A stretch of 64,000 nucleotides of DNA from Geosiphon pyriformis uo1 (Eukaryota; Fungi; Glomeromycota). The stretch spans positions 310,001 to 374,000 of the forward strand of contig JAAOMT010000303.1 in NCBI GenBank assembly GCA_016748015.1, written 5' to 3'. A program made the translations under genes and the position numbers. A model generated the notes under the pieces. It did no database searches, was not told the DNA's origin, and saw only the letters and a list, made by a program, of their open reading frames with translations. Below, piece by piece: positions 35,536 through 49,325 of the stretch. Every line of letters starts with the position of its first letter. The stretch's first letter is position 1.

Positions 35536-38500
35536 ATTCAAAACAGAGTTTTTGAAATACTTTAGCAACAATAATAATATCAATCATCTGGTTAACACTT
35601 TCATCACCATAAAACAAGGGGAAACTGAAGCAGTTACTATATATCTAGGATGCTTCTATAGAAATCTGTACCAAATTCAGGCAATCCAAGCTGACTATTT
35701 TACAGTGCCACAGATTCTAAATTATTTTATTAAAAGTTTGTGCAGTAGCATTCTCCAATGTGTATGTTCATTATACCCAGCAGATCTTCAAGCTGCAGTT
35801 ATTAACACCAGAGATTTTGAAGCAGCAGAATTAGAAGCCAACCATGCCCAAGCTGTTAATCTAGTAATGAATAGATCATCTGAATTGGATTCTAAATTGA
35901 AACAATTCAGTAATTTAATCAATCAGAAGTTAGAGGAATACTTAGCTAACAATCGCACAATTTATTAGTCATCACAATGATGCAATAATGTAGAAAACAC
36001 AAATCATTTCAAAAATCAGTCACATATACTATTATCATCAAGTCAGCCATAGCAGCCTGAGATGTGTGTCTGCCACAACTGTGGTAAACAAGACCATATC
36101 TGAGTCAACTGCCATTTTTATAGTAATCCACAATCAGAAAATCAATACAAAAACCCCAATTATAGATTTCAGATCCTGAACCATCACCCAAATCAAGATC
36201 AATATCAACCTATTTACCTGCCAATAATGCAGCAACCAATTTACCAACCACCAGTATATGCACCTCCAATCTATTAACCACAAACACTGACAATTTATCA
36301 ACCACAGCCCCAAGCAATCTATTAACTACAGCCACCAGTAATTTATCAACCTCAACTAATTCAAACACTGTCTCAAAACCCAGCTCAAATGATATCAGAC
36401 AATTCAAGATCCAGAATCACTCAAAACTAGAGATTAACAATGATTGTTTACTAACTGATCTCCAGCTTCTCACAACATCTAACAAGATTATGGTTACAGA
36501 ATTTGGGAACTGGGCTCACCCAAAATCCGAATTCCCAACACTATTTAAGTCTCTTAGTTATCTCAAAAAATGCCCAATTCCACAATCTGGGATCCAATCA
36601 ACAATTTATACTTACCAACAACATCTCACCAGTAACCATCATGGAAGATGAGTTACTTGTCACTATATTTTTTTTTGAAATTAACAAACTTTCAGAAGTC
36701 CTATTGTTCAATGGAGCCACTTTCGAAGAGAAACTAATAACCGCAATGTATACAGATGCCAAAGTTGATGATCAGTCCATCAAACTGATACTAGATAGTA
36801 AATCAGCTGGCAGCATCATTACCAAACAACTCATAGATCAATTAAGTTGCTGAGTTGACTATGCTGCCAGTGCCAAAATCATTATAGCTGATGAAGTGAC
36901 TAAAACTCCTATTGATAAAATAGACAACTTCCCTATTGAAGTCAATGGCATCACAGTACCAATCAAAGTTCTGGTCATGGAAGCTACTCAGTACCAAGTT
37001 TTTATTGGTAATGACTGGCTGTCTAAAACAAATGCAATACTTAACTGAACAACACAAGAGTTGCAAATCAGTTAAAACAGCCAACACACATAAATACCAA
37101 TGATATGTGACCATTTCAGATTCAGCACTGCAATGTGGCCACTTATTGACTTCAAGAAAGAGAAAGAGAAACCTACCTAGAAAGCCTATCAAGTGTCATG
37201 GGCTAACAAAGACCACAACAAACTATTGCCAATACTTTCTTGGGATGACAACAGAAAAGAAAAACTTACTTGGAACGCAGACCAAACCTGAGAAACTAAC
37301 AATGGCTTAGACAAACTGTTAACTTGGAAGTGGGAAGAGGATAACAAGGGAAAGGGAAAAGAGAGAAAAGAAGAAAACATACCCAAAAAAGCCACAGACA
37401 CCAAAGAAATAAACAGTGGCTGGACAAATTTATACTTAGTCTACAAGCCATTGCCACAACTGCTATACATATCTTTTAAATACAAAGACTATAGAAAGAA
37501 ACTTTTTTTTATAAGAGCTTGAGTAGTGTCAGATAAAGACTACTGAACATGCATGCATTATTACTCTAAGCTGTGTCATAAAGAACAATATGAATACCCA
37601 AAACATCAAAAAAAGTGGGACAACAAACCATGTTTTGCTTGTGGCAAACAGTTATTCAACAAAAAAATGTAGAATAACATTCTTAGGTAAGGAGAAACAT
37701 GCAATGCTTTGTGCCAATACACAATTCTCATCAGTGACTGGGTGAGTCATGAGATGCCTATTACTGCAATTTGGCACTGAGCAATTAATCACTTGGATGA
37801 GTATCCACACAACAAGAACAAGATTTGGCATATGGTCAATGCCAAAATCAAAGAAGCCATGCCCAGCAAAATCTTAGAGATCAAGAACAACTCACTAGAT
37901 ACAGTTGATATTGTCTTCATCCCAAACCCAGACATTTTTCTCGACATAAAGACAGATTCAGAAGAGTTTTATGAGCATTATTAGAACTTAGCACCTACAA
38001 AAGAAGAGCAGGAGCAACACTTGAAAGAAATCAACACTCGATTATGTGACCACTGTTTGATTCCATATAACTTTCAATATTGTAATAAGTGTGACCTCAT
38101 TTACAATCCACCAATCTGCATGATCTACACAATCCCAGAGAAGGAAGAACCAATTAGCAGCTGTGTATTGGAGTCAGAATCAAATTTCAATCCTGATTCA
38201 AATTCTGATAATGACAATAATGAAAACAATGATTCCAGTTCCATTCAATATGACCATAACAATAACAATTCTAACTCAGATTTAAACTTTGATTTAAACT
38301 CCAAACAATATATTGTGCTCTCTGACCTCACCAAGGAGCAGAAACTAAAATGGTTCAGCAATAATAATAAAGGTATCATGTCCAAATGTGCGCATAATAC
38401 TGATATAGGATTTGATCTGAGGTATTTAGAAAAAGATGCCATCAAACTAGAACCACATTTACGCACATGTATTGATCTCAAAATAGCACTGAAAATTCTA

Positions 38501-40603
38501 GCGACCACTATGATTCAACTAGCATCTTAAAGTAGTTTAGCAAAAAAGGAAATCAACATCAGAGGAAGAATAATTGACACAGAATACATAGGAAATATTA
38601 TTGCAATGCTACAAAATAATTCGGAAAAGGCTTATATCATAGAGCTAAATGAAAAGATAATACAAACAATATTCCTATCTCTGATGAAAGTAGCTTAGTT
38701 AGTGTTAGTAAGAAATAGAGAAGAACTAGAGATAACAGCAAGAGGGATACAGAGATTCAGATCAACAGGTAGAATAGATATACCAATTAATATGGCAGAG
38801 GAAAAAATTGTTGACAAAGGAGAAATTATCTCAATCTATTAATTAATTTCCATTTTATTATATGACTAGTACATATACACTATAGATAAGAAAGTGAAAA
38901 ATCAAGAGCAAATTTTTAAAGCCGAACCAACCATTTGTGGATCAGGAAAAATTGGACTTGTCAATCTCCACATACCAGCCAAGAACCATAATCACATCAA
39001 AATTCTTATCTACAACAACACAGAAAATATTGTAGAAATACCAGAAAGAACTATCATCAGATATCTAAGCACAGAAATAAAAGACCAACCACCAAACTCC
39101 ATTCCAGACTTTCCACAGCTTTGTGGATATGTTAACATCACATCACAAACAATTTACAGATAAAATGAATGTTATTTGCTCCAACCAAAACAATTAGAAC
39201 AAATAAACATGAGAAACTTAGATCCACTTCAACAGATGCAATTCAAGATGTTACTTAACAATTTCAGTAATATCTTTACCAGTAAAAATAAATTTGGCAG
39301 AACTGATATCATCCAACATCAAATCAAGACTGAAGATACAATGCCAATTAAACAGAAAGCATACAGAGTATCACCAGCTAGCCATAAGATTATTCATCAA
39401 GAAATCAATTAAATGCTTGACAATAGTCTAATTCAGCTATCAATGAGTCTATGGTTATCACTAGTGGTACTAGTTCATAAAAAGAATGGAAAAATCCGCT
39501 TTTGTGTGAATTATCAGAAACTGAATGGAGTAACAAAAGAAGACAGCTATCCAACTCCAAAGATCCAAGAACTTTTTGATGCTTTTGGAGGAAAGAAATG
39601 GTTTTCAACTTTAGAGTTAGACAGCAGTTACTGACAAGTAGCCATAAAATCAAAAGATAAGGAAAAAACAACTTTTACAACATGAGAAAGAAATTTCAAA
39701 TTCGAAGTTATGCTATTTGGCTTAATAAATACTCCAGCTACCTTCTAGAAACTTATGGAAATTGTCTATACTAGACTACTATAGAAATCAGTAGTTATAT
39801 ACTTGGATAACATCAATGTGTTCTCAAAAATATTTGATGATCATCTGCATTATCTCCAACAAGTATTTGAAAAATTCAGACAAGTAGAATTGAAACTAAA
39901 TGCCAACAAATACTTCTTTGGAAAAACAGAACTCAAGTTTTTGGAACATGTTGTAAGCAAAAATGGTATCAAAACAGATCCAGATAAGATTGAGATTGTT
40001 AAGAACTTTTCAGTACCAAATAATCTCACAGAATTAAGAGCATTTTTGGGATTTGCTGGATACTACCACCACTTTATCAAAAACTATTCCAAAATAGCTC
40101 AATCACTATACCAGCTCCAAACAAAGAACACCAAATATGAATAGACAGAAACCCAGCAAGAAGCTTTTAATACATTAAAAAGAAAGCTTATTTAAGCTCC
40201 AATACTGATCTATCCAGATCATAGCAAGCCATTCATAATCACAACTGATGCATCTGATCAAGCATTAAGAGCAGTATTATCTCAAAAAAAATCGGACAGA
40301 CAAGAATATCCAATAGCATATGTTAGTAGAAGCTTAAGTCCAGCTGAAAAAAACTATAGAATTTCAGTACTGAAACACTTAGCCATCTATTAAGCTGTTA
40401 TCAAGTGAAAGGAATACTTGAGTCAAAAGTTTGATGTGTACACTGATCACAAAAGATTGACTTCAATTCAGAAGCAAGAATTTGAAAATGATCATCATGC
40501 CAAATAGAAAATATAACTTTCATTATTTAATTATACAGTACATTATAAAAAAAAAATAGAAAATGGAAATGCTGATGGACTGTTACAAATGAGACAAATC
40601 TAA
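35536..40603 (+). pseudogene. pol: gag-pol of element D, 3' part (capsid, knuckle, protease, Cys-rich insert, dUTPase ~38380-38770, RT, RNase H)
   Basis: ORFs 36503-36853, 38021-38530, 39413-39634 and 39803-40144; stop TAA at 40601-40603. Confidence 0.88.
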
Positions 40604-40633
40604 AAACATGTCAACCCAAAAATATAACAAAAG

Positions 40634-42011
40634 ATGAATATACAAAAATACCAACAACTCCAACATTATATAAATATCCAATTGTTCAAGGAGAAATTAT
40701 CTCAAAAAAAAACAAAACAACATAAAACAACAATCAAAATATTTTATCAACCACCAAAATATACTTTCCCAGAGAAACAGAAAGAATTCAGATCAATCAA
40801 TCAGAGTAATCATAGAACCAGAGAAAAAGACAATATTGTTCAACATACACTCAGATCCAACAGCAGGACATTTCCATAAAGAAACAACAATAAAAAGAAC
40901 CAAAAAAAGATACTATTGGCCATCAATGTATCCAAACATCATCCAGTATGTTCAAAATTGTGATGCTTGTCAGATAAAAGGAAGAACAAAATCCAATGAA
41001 TTATTGAGACCAATCAAAGTGGGACAACTATTCAATCACATTGGAATTGACTTAGTTGGACTATTAACAATCACCAGCAGAGGCAACAGATATATTGCAG
41101 TAGCCATAAATTATCTTACAAAATGGCCAGAAGCAAAAGCTATTTAAAGAGCAGATCCAGAATCTGTTGCTGAATTTATTCATCAAGATTTGATCTGTCA
41201 ACATGGATGTCCAAAAGAACTATTATTAGATCAAAGAACTTACTTTGTAAATAGAACATTGACAGAATTAAGTCAAAAATTTGGAATAAAAAGACCATTA
41301 TTATTACCATATCATCCACAAACAAATGGGTTAGTTGAAAGGTTCAACAGAACACTATGTGAAGTTATCACTAAAATCAGCCAAAAAAACCAAGATAAAT
41401 AGGACTTAATTATATTATTGGTATTATTTGTTTATTGAACAATGAAGCAAGACACTACACAAGCAACACCATTTGAATTAGTATATGGTAGAACAGCAAC
41501 ATTACCAGTTGAGATAGAAATCAAGACATATCTAACAGAACCAATAACAGAAGAAAATTTTCAAAAAACATTGTTAAGAAAAACATATAACTTAATGGAG
41601 ACACTAGAAAACAAATGGCGAAAAGCAGCTGATAACATTCAAAAGTCACAAGAGAAACAAAAAAAAAGACACGATAACCAATTATCAGATAAACCAGTTG
41701 AATTTAAGATGAGAGACAAAATACTTTTACATCATACCAAAGCAGAAAAACAATAGAGTAGAAAATTTGATTCCAAATGGAACAGACTATTTCACATAGA
41801 AAAAATTTTTAGAAATAGAGCTTATAAATTAAGATAGGACAACAAAATCTTAGCCAAAGCAGTACATAGAAATCAACTGAAACTATATTACCATATAGTG
41901 TTACCATCTATCAGTAATATTCCACAATTAAGAGTACAGAAAATACTAGTCCAACCAGATGAGATTCCACGAGATCTAGAACCAATTATAATCATTAAAC
42001 CAAACATGTAA
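40634..42011 (+). pseudogene. Integrase of element D in a separate ATG-initiated ORF
   Basis: HSDPTAGHF...CDAC; GIDLVG; YHPQTNGLVERFNRTL. Confidence 0.88.
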
Positions 42012-42071
42012 AATTGAACAATAAAAAGAATATATAAAGACATAGTAAACATGACAAAAGACTTTAGAAAA

Positions 42072-42710
42072 ATGGAAATTATTAACAATATCTACTCATT
42101 AGCACAACAACTCTTCCAACTAATTCAACAACAAAATATGAAAATTACTATCAATTAACAAATCATTTACTACTGAGATACCAGAAAAATACCCAAATAC
42201 AAAAGTCAAAAAAAAACAGAAAACACTATTGACAAAATAGTTTTGAAAATAAAATTAGCAATAGAAAAACCAACAAATATTACCACATATCAAGAGTTGA
42301 TCAAAGAAACTTGGAAATAGTAGATACACAAATTTTCAAGAAACTTTTGTTATTTCCACTTGGGATGATATTTAAATATTCAGAACTTATACATGGATAA
42401 AACAAAACAATTATTCGACACAACAATACTGTAACAACTAGAACAATTTGTGAGAAAAAACAATTTGACTATACAAGCAAGAACCATTTATAGGCTACAT
42501 ATGGGATTTCAAGACAGACTGAAAATCTTACTTAATCTGAAATTGGACTCTATTACAGTTGACCAAATGGGAAAAATAACCAACACCTAATTTGAAGAAT
42601 TATAGAACAAAATAACCTAAGTAATTCTTAAAAAAAAAGTTCAAGAAATACTCAACAACAGAAAATTAGAGTTAGAAGATTTGGGAGATCTTGATAGAGC
42701 TCAATATTAA
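42072..42710 (+). pseudogene. ORF3 of element D
   Basis: MEIINNIYSLAQQLFQ...DLDRAQY*; 639 nt, same as C. Confidence 0.7.
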
Positions 42711-42724
42711 AAAAGAGGGAATAA

Positions 42725-43558
42725 TGTTACTTATAGAATATAAGGAGTATATTAGCATATAAATTAGCCAATCAGAAGTAGCCATAGTAAATGCAGAATT
42801 TCAGGATTTCTTTTAAGAGAAATTGCAGGATTCCAAGAATTTCAGAATTCTCATATAAGGAATTGCAGAATTTCAGAATTCCAGGATTTCTCTCAAAAGA
42901 AATTACAGAATTTCTGGTGTAAAAAATTGAGAAATTGAGAAATATCAATTATGTATATATAGTGATAGTATTAGAAGTAAAAAAGACAGACTTTTCAGTT
43001 TAGATTTAATCTAAGCAACCTTTCATATCACAAATATCAATAAATAATTATTCACTATTTCAATTCACTTTCCACTATCAATACTTTATATTGATAGTAA
43101 TTTATATTTAACCACACTGGAACAATAGCTCTTAATCACGGCTATTGATGGAATACTAACTTGCAAAATCGACTTGGTTTATTTTTTTATTTTTATTTTT
43201 TTTTATTTTCTATTGTTATTTTTTTTGTTGGTTACTAAATTGATTAAAGGATTAAATACTGAATTATTGATGTCAAGGATTGTCTGGTAAAAGACCTCTG
43301 CAAGTGGGTAGAGCATATACAAAAGTTATGGATTACTTATTAGAGGATTGCTGACCACCAAGCTGAGAAAAAAATTGACGGAATTGCAATTCTAGGAGAC
43401 TACTGAAAACCACTATTGAATCTCTGTTCATTATACAAAGAACTCAACCAAAACCTTCAGATACAAACCATCTTCAGTAATCAACATCATTATATCAATT
43501 GAGCACCAAGTTATGGGTTTGTTATTTGCTTTGAGACTCCAAATAATCACTTGTAATA
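42725..43558 (+). repeat. 3' LTR of element D
   Basis: Preceded by PPT AAAAAGAGGGAATAA; repeat of 23356-24210. Confidence 0.92.
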
Positions 43559-43562
43559 ATAA

Positions 43563-45299
43563 CTAATACATGTTAGCCATAGAGAGAAAAATAAAGAATC
43601 AGGTTCAGATTTTTGAAGCAGAAGCACTACTTTGTGAATCAAAAAAAATTGGATTAGTCAATCTATACATACCAGCCAAGAATCACAGTCACATTAAAAT
43701 TTTTATCTACAATAACACAGGAGACTTCATCGAGATACCAGAAGAAATCATTATTGAATATTTAACTACTGAAATCAAAAACCAACCACTAAATTTTATT
43801 TCAAACTTTTTACAACTGTGTGGATATGTCAACATAATATCACAAACTATTTATAAACAGAATAAATGTTATTTGCTCCAACCAGAACAATTGGAACAAA
43901 TAAACATGAGAAACTTAGATCCACTTCAACATATGCAACTCAAAATATTACTCAACAATTTTACCAACATTTTTGCAAGTGAAAATGAGTTTGGCAGAAC
44001 TGACATAATCCAACACCAGATCAAGATTAAAGATGCAATGCCAATCAAACAAAAAACATACTGAATACTACTAGCCAGCCATGAGATCATTTATCAAGAA
44101 ATCAATTGGATGCTTAACAATGAGCTAATTTAGCCATTAATGAGCCCATAGTTATTATCAGTAGTACTAGTCCAAAAAAAAAATGGAAAAATCCACTTTT
44201 GTGTGGATTACAGAAAACTCAATAGTATAACTTGTGGAGACAGTTATCCAACTCCACAAATTTAAGAATTATTTGATGCTTTCAGAGGAAAGAAATGATT
44301 TTCAATATTAGATTTAAATAGTGGTTACTGGTAAATAGCCATGAATTCAGAAGATAAAGAAAAGATGGCATTCACCACAAGAGAAGGGAATTTTGAATTT
44401 GAAGTAATGCTATTTGGCTTAACTAATGTACTGGCCACATTCCAACAGCTAATAGAAATTGTTTATACTGGACTACTATAAAAATCAGTAGTTATATATC
44501 TAGATAACACCAATGTGTTCTCAAAAACATTTAATAATCACCTCTATTATCTCCAGTAAGTGTTCAAAAGACTAAGAAGAGCAGGATTGAAACTAAATAC
44601 AACCAAGTATTTTTTCAACAAAACAGAACTCAAGTTTTTGAAACATGTTGTAAACAAAGAAGACATTAAAACAAATCCAGATAAAATTAAAGTAGTAAAG
44701 TCTTTTTCAGTACCCACTAACTTAACCAAACTACAAACATTCTTAGGATTTGCAAGGTACTATCATCACTTCATTAAAAATTTTTTAAACTGATTCAATT
44801 ATTGTATCATTTACAAACCAAGAATGTTAAATATGAATAAACTAAAACACAACAAAAAGCTTTCAACACATTAAAAAAAAAGCTCATTCAAGCTTCAGTA
44901 CTGATCTATTCAGATCATAGCAAACCATTTATTATTACTACAAATGCATCAGATTAAACATTGGGAGCAGTACTATTACAAAAAAGACCAAATGGAAGAG
45001 AACATTCAATAGCATATGCCAGCCAAAACTTAATGCCAGCTGAAAAAAAACTATAGAACACCAGCACTTAAATACTTAACAATTTATTGGGCTGTCATGA
45101 AATAGAAAAAGTACTTAAGCCAGAAATTTGAGATGCACACTGATTATAAAAATTGACTTCAATTCAGAAGCAAAAATTTGGAGACAATTGATATACAAAG
45201 TGAAAAATAGCATTTTTACCATATATTTTTACAGTACATTATAAAAAGGGAAAAAAAAATAGAAATGCTAATGGTTTGTTGTGAATGAAACAAATCTGA
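43563..45299 (+). pseudogene. pol: pol of element B, 3' part (RT, RNase H)
   Basis: ORFs 43570-44064 and 44560-44793; FCVDYRKLN, LDLNSGYW, YLDN; stop TGA at 45297-45299. Confidence 0.85.
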
Positions 45300-45361
45300 A
45301 CATTTCAACCCAAAAATATAACAAAATCTAAACAGTTGAAAACAAAAATATATGACAAAAA

Positions 45362-46739
45362 ATGAACACACAAAAATATCAACAATTCTAGCATTATATA
45401 AATATTCAACAGTTCAAAAAAAAATTATCTCAAAAGAAACAAAACAACATAAAACAACAATCAAAATATTTTATCAATCATTAAAATATACTTTATCAGA
45501 AGAACAAAAGAAATCCAAATCAACCAACCAGAGTAATTACCAAATTGAAAAAAGAAACAATACTGTTCAACATATACTCAGATCTAACAGCAGGACATTT
45601 TTACAAAGAAGCAACAATAAAAAAAACCAAAAAAGATACTACTGGTCATTAATGTATCCAGATATCATTCAATATGTTCAAAATTGTGATGCTTGTCAGA
45701 GAAAAGAAGGAACCAGACTCAGTGAACCATTGAGATCAATCAAAGTAGAACAACCATTCAATCACATTGAAATTGATTTAGTTAGATCATTAACCATAAC
45801 CAGCAGAGGCAACAGATACATTACAATAGCCATGGATTATCTCACTAAATCAGAAGCAAAAGCCATTCAAAGAGCAGATGCAAAATCCATTGCTGAATTT
45901 GTTTATTAAGATTTGATCTGTTGACATAAATGTCTAAAAAAGCTATTATCAAACCAAGAAACTTACTTTGTAAACAGAACATTGGCAGAATTAAGTCAAA
46001 GATTTGGAATAAAAAGACTATTATTATTACTATACCATCCACAAACAAATGGATTAGTTGAAAAGTTTAACAGAATATTGTGTAAAGTAATTGCCAAAAT
46101 CAGTTAAGAAAATTAGGACAAATGGAATTTGTTTATACCATCCATATTATTTGCTTATCAAACAATAAAGCAAAACACTACACAAACAACACCATTTAAA
46201 TTAGTATACAGTAGAACAACAATATTACCAGTTGAGATAAAAGTCAAAACATATCTAACAGAACCAATAACAGAAGAAAATTTCTAAAAAACATTGTTAA
46301 GAAGAACATATAACTTAATGGAAACAGTAGAAAACAAATGGCAAAGAACAGCTGATAATATTCAGAGATTACAAAAAAAACAAAAAAAAAGACATGATAA
46401 CCAACTACCAGATAAACCAGTTGAATTCAAAATTAAAGACAAAGTACTTTTATATTGTACCAAAGCGAAAAAACAATGAAGTAGAAAATTTGATCTCAAA
46501 TGAGATAGATCATTTTACATAGAAGAAATTTTAGGAAATGAAGCTTATAAATTAAGATTGAACAACAAAATCTTAACCAAAGCAGCACAGGTGATCAACT
46601 AAAACCATATCACCATATAGTATCATCATCTACCAGTAATATTCCACAATTAAAAGTACAAAGAATACTAATCCAACCAGATAAGATTCCACAAGATCTA
46701 AAACCAATCATTATCATCAATACCAACATGTCAAATTGA
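45362..46739 (+). pseudogene. Integrase of element B in a separate ATG-initiated ORF
   Basis: MNTQKYQQF...; CDAC; DYLTK; YHPQTNGLVEKFN. Confidence 0.85.
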
Positions 46740-46791
46740 ACAATTAAAAGAATATAAAAACATAGTAGACATGACAAAAAACAGCAAAAAA

Positions 46792-47419
46792 ATGGAAATT
46801 ACTGATAACATCTACTCATTAGCACAACAACTCTTTTAACTGATTTAACAACAAGAAATGGAAATTACAATCAATCAATAAACTATTAGATACAAAAACA
46901 CCAGAAATGAACCACAAGATAAAGTATGAAGAAAAACAGAAAATATTATTGACAAAATAATCACAAAAATAAAATTGGTAATAGAAGTACAACCAAAAGT
47001 TACTTAATATTCAGAGTTAATAATAGAACATGGAATTGGTGAACACAACAATTTCCAAAAAACTTTTGCTATTTCTACTTGGGACAACATCTGAATATTC
47101 AGAACTTATATATGGACAAAACAAAGTGATTATTTGACCCAGAAATCTTATAACAACTTGAGCAATTTATGGAAAAGAACAATCTAATCACACAAGCATG
47201 AGTCATCTATTGGTTACAAATTAGATTTTGAGATCAACTAGAAATCTTACTCAATCCAGAGATAGACACAATCACCATTAACCAAATAAAAAAAATAAAT
47301 AATGCTCAATTTGAAAAATTACAGAACAAGATAACACAATAATTCTTGAAAAAGAAGTTCAAGAAATACTTAAAGATAAAAAGTTAGAATTAAGAGATCT
47401 TAATAGAGCTCAATATTAA
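46792..47419 (+). pseudogene. ORF3 of element B
   Basis: MEITDNIYSLAQQLF...DLNRAQY*; homologous to ORF3 of C, D and E. Confidence 0.68.
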
Positions 47420-47432
47420 AAGAAGAGAATAA

Positions 47433-48260
47433 TATTACTTGTAGAATATAGGAAATATATTAGCATGTAAATTAGCCAATCAGAAGTAGCCATAGTAAAG
47501 ATGGAATTCCAGAATTTTTTTCAGAGGAATTGCAAGATTCCAGAAATTTCAGAATTCTTGTATGAGAAATTACAGAATTTCAGAATTCCAGGATTTCTCT
47601 CAAGAAAATTGCAGGATTCCAGAAATTTCAAAATTCTTGGTGTGAAAAATTGAGAAATTGAAGAATCTCAATTATGTATATATAGTGATAGTATTAAAAG
47701 TAGAAAAGACAGACCTCTTAGTTTAGATTTAATTTAAGCAACTTTTTATTCACAAATATTAATAAATAACTATTTACTATCTCAATCTATTCTCTATTAT
47801 TAACACTTCATGTTGATAGTAACTAATACTTAACTATATTGAAACAATAGCTCTTAATTATGGCTATTGACAAGATACTAACATTTATTGTCTTGGCTTA
47901 TTTCTTTATTTTCTTTTATTTTTTTTTATTTTCTTTTGTTATTTCTTTTTGTTTTACTAATTGATTAAGAATTAAAAAGCACTAAGTTACAAATGTCATA
48001 GGAACTGGTAAAAAACCTGTAAAACAAGGGTAAAAAATTCATAGATTTAAGGATAGCTTACCAGAAGGATTATTGGCCACCATGCTAAGAAAAAAATTCA
48101 ATAGAATTGCAATTCTGAAAGGCTACTGAAACCAAAACCTTCAGGCAATAAAACTTTTAAATACAAACAACTTTCAGATATTACCAATGTTATCAAGCAA
48201 ACTAGCACCAAGTTATGGGTTTGTTATTTAATTTGAGACTCCAAATAATTATCTGTAACA
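47433..48260 (+). repeat. 3' LTR of element B (with ~38-bp U5 deletion)
   Basis: Colinear with the split 5' LTR; preceded by PPT. Confidence 0.9.
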
Positions 48261-48264
48261 ATGG

Positions 48265-48570
48265 TTATCTTGATAAAATTATAAAAGATATGAAACTAAT
48301 AAAGAAAACAACTTTAGAGATACAAACAGAAATTTTGGACATTATATAGTTAGATGTCCCAAGAGTTTTAACTATTGTTAAAAGAGCCAAAACTCTTTTA
48401 CAAAGATTTGGTCTCTTGGATACAAAACTCATTTTGTCTTAAATATTATAAACTTTATTTACCAAAAACTTCAATAAACTAGTTAGCTTTGAGTTAGACA
48501 AAACTCTTCAAATAGATTATTTCATAAATAGCTTGATTTTACTGAAACTTAATCTTTTTGGAGAGGATAA
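48265..48570 (+). pseudogene. ORF3 of element A, 3' part, and PPT
   Basis: ...VLTIVKRAKTLLQRF...FNKLVSFELDKTL matches ORF 54723-55019 of F; PPT GGAGAGGATAA. Confidence 0.65.
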
Positions 48571-49321
48571 TATTATGGTTGAAACCCATGTTTTTTATTA
48601 GTTATCACATGTATTAGCTATTGATGTCACATAATTAGTCATCCTATTTTTAGATAGTAATTATTGACTTAATTAATAATCTGATTGTTGACCTGATCAT
48701 TAATCTAATTATTGATTTGATTAATAATCTGATCATTGATCTGACCATTGACCTAATTGTTGATCTAGTTATTAATCACTTTCAATAGCTATATAAGTAA
48801 TAAGTTTTTTAAATGTAGAAAGACATGATCAAAGTAACAAAATAAAACTCATTATTAATTACTTTCTCTCATATTGCTTATTCTTTTTTTTCTACCTTCA
48901 AGTATCTAAACATTTTGGGATAAAAGATTACTTGTTGGCATTTACATACTTTATCTTTTCTCCTTCTTGATTTGTATTTGTTAGAATTAGCCTAAGAAGT
49001 AATTGCTTGCTCTTGTAATTTATTTGAATAAAAAAATAATTAAAAAGCACAATAATATCTGTTATTAATTCTAAAAATTGCCAAGTTGAAACATAGAATA
49101 ATATTAATAATGTTAACTTATTAACAATCATGGATTATTTTTTTATCTTTAGATTTCCAAAAAAAATTTGCAATTGTGATTTTTATAAGACTAATCATGT
49201 ATATTAAATTCTTACTTATTCAATTTACTTTCCTATTGTAATTTTCTTTTTGATTATTTCCATTACTCTACAATACTGTTTTCTCTTGCTATCTATTAGC
49301 TTGTTACTTTAATCTGTAATA
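48571..49321 (+). repeat. 3' LTR of element A
   Basis: Direct repeat of 435-1183 with termini decayed to TA...TA; followed by TSD TTAT. Confidence 0.92.
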
Positions 49322-49325
49322 TTAT

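Larger units (their letters stand above)
23356..43558 (+). mobile_element. Ty3/gypsy LTR retrotransposon D (family 2), ~10.15 kb without E
   Basis: LTRs 23356-24210 and 42725-43558; TSD ATAA (23352-23355 / 43559-43562); PBS 24213-24228. Confidence 0.92.
7988..48260 (+). mobile_element. Ty3/gypsy LTR retrotransposon B (family 2, dUTPase-bearing), ~9.9 kb without nested inserts
   Basis: 5' LTR 7988-8576 + 18727-19004; 3' LTR 47433-48260; TSD ATAG/ATGG (7984-7987 / 48261-48264); PBS at 19007; PPT at 47418-47432. Confidence 0.9.
435..49321 (+). mobile_element. Ty3/gypsy LTR retrotransposon A (family 1), about 7.8 kb once nested inserts are removed
   Basis: Paired LTRs 435-1183 and 48571-49321; TSD TTAT on both sides; gag-PR-RT-RH-IN order; reconstructed length (~7793 bp) matches uninterrupted copy F (7791 bp). 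Confidence 0.92.
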
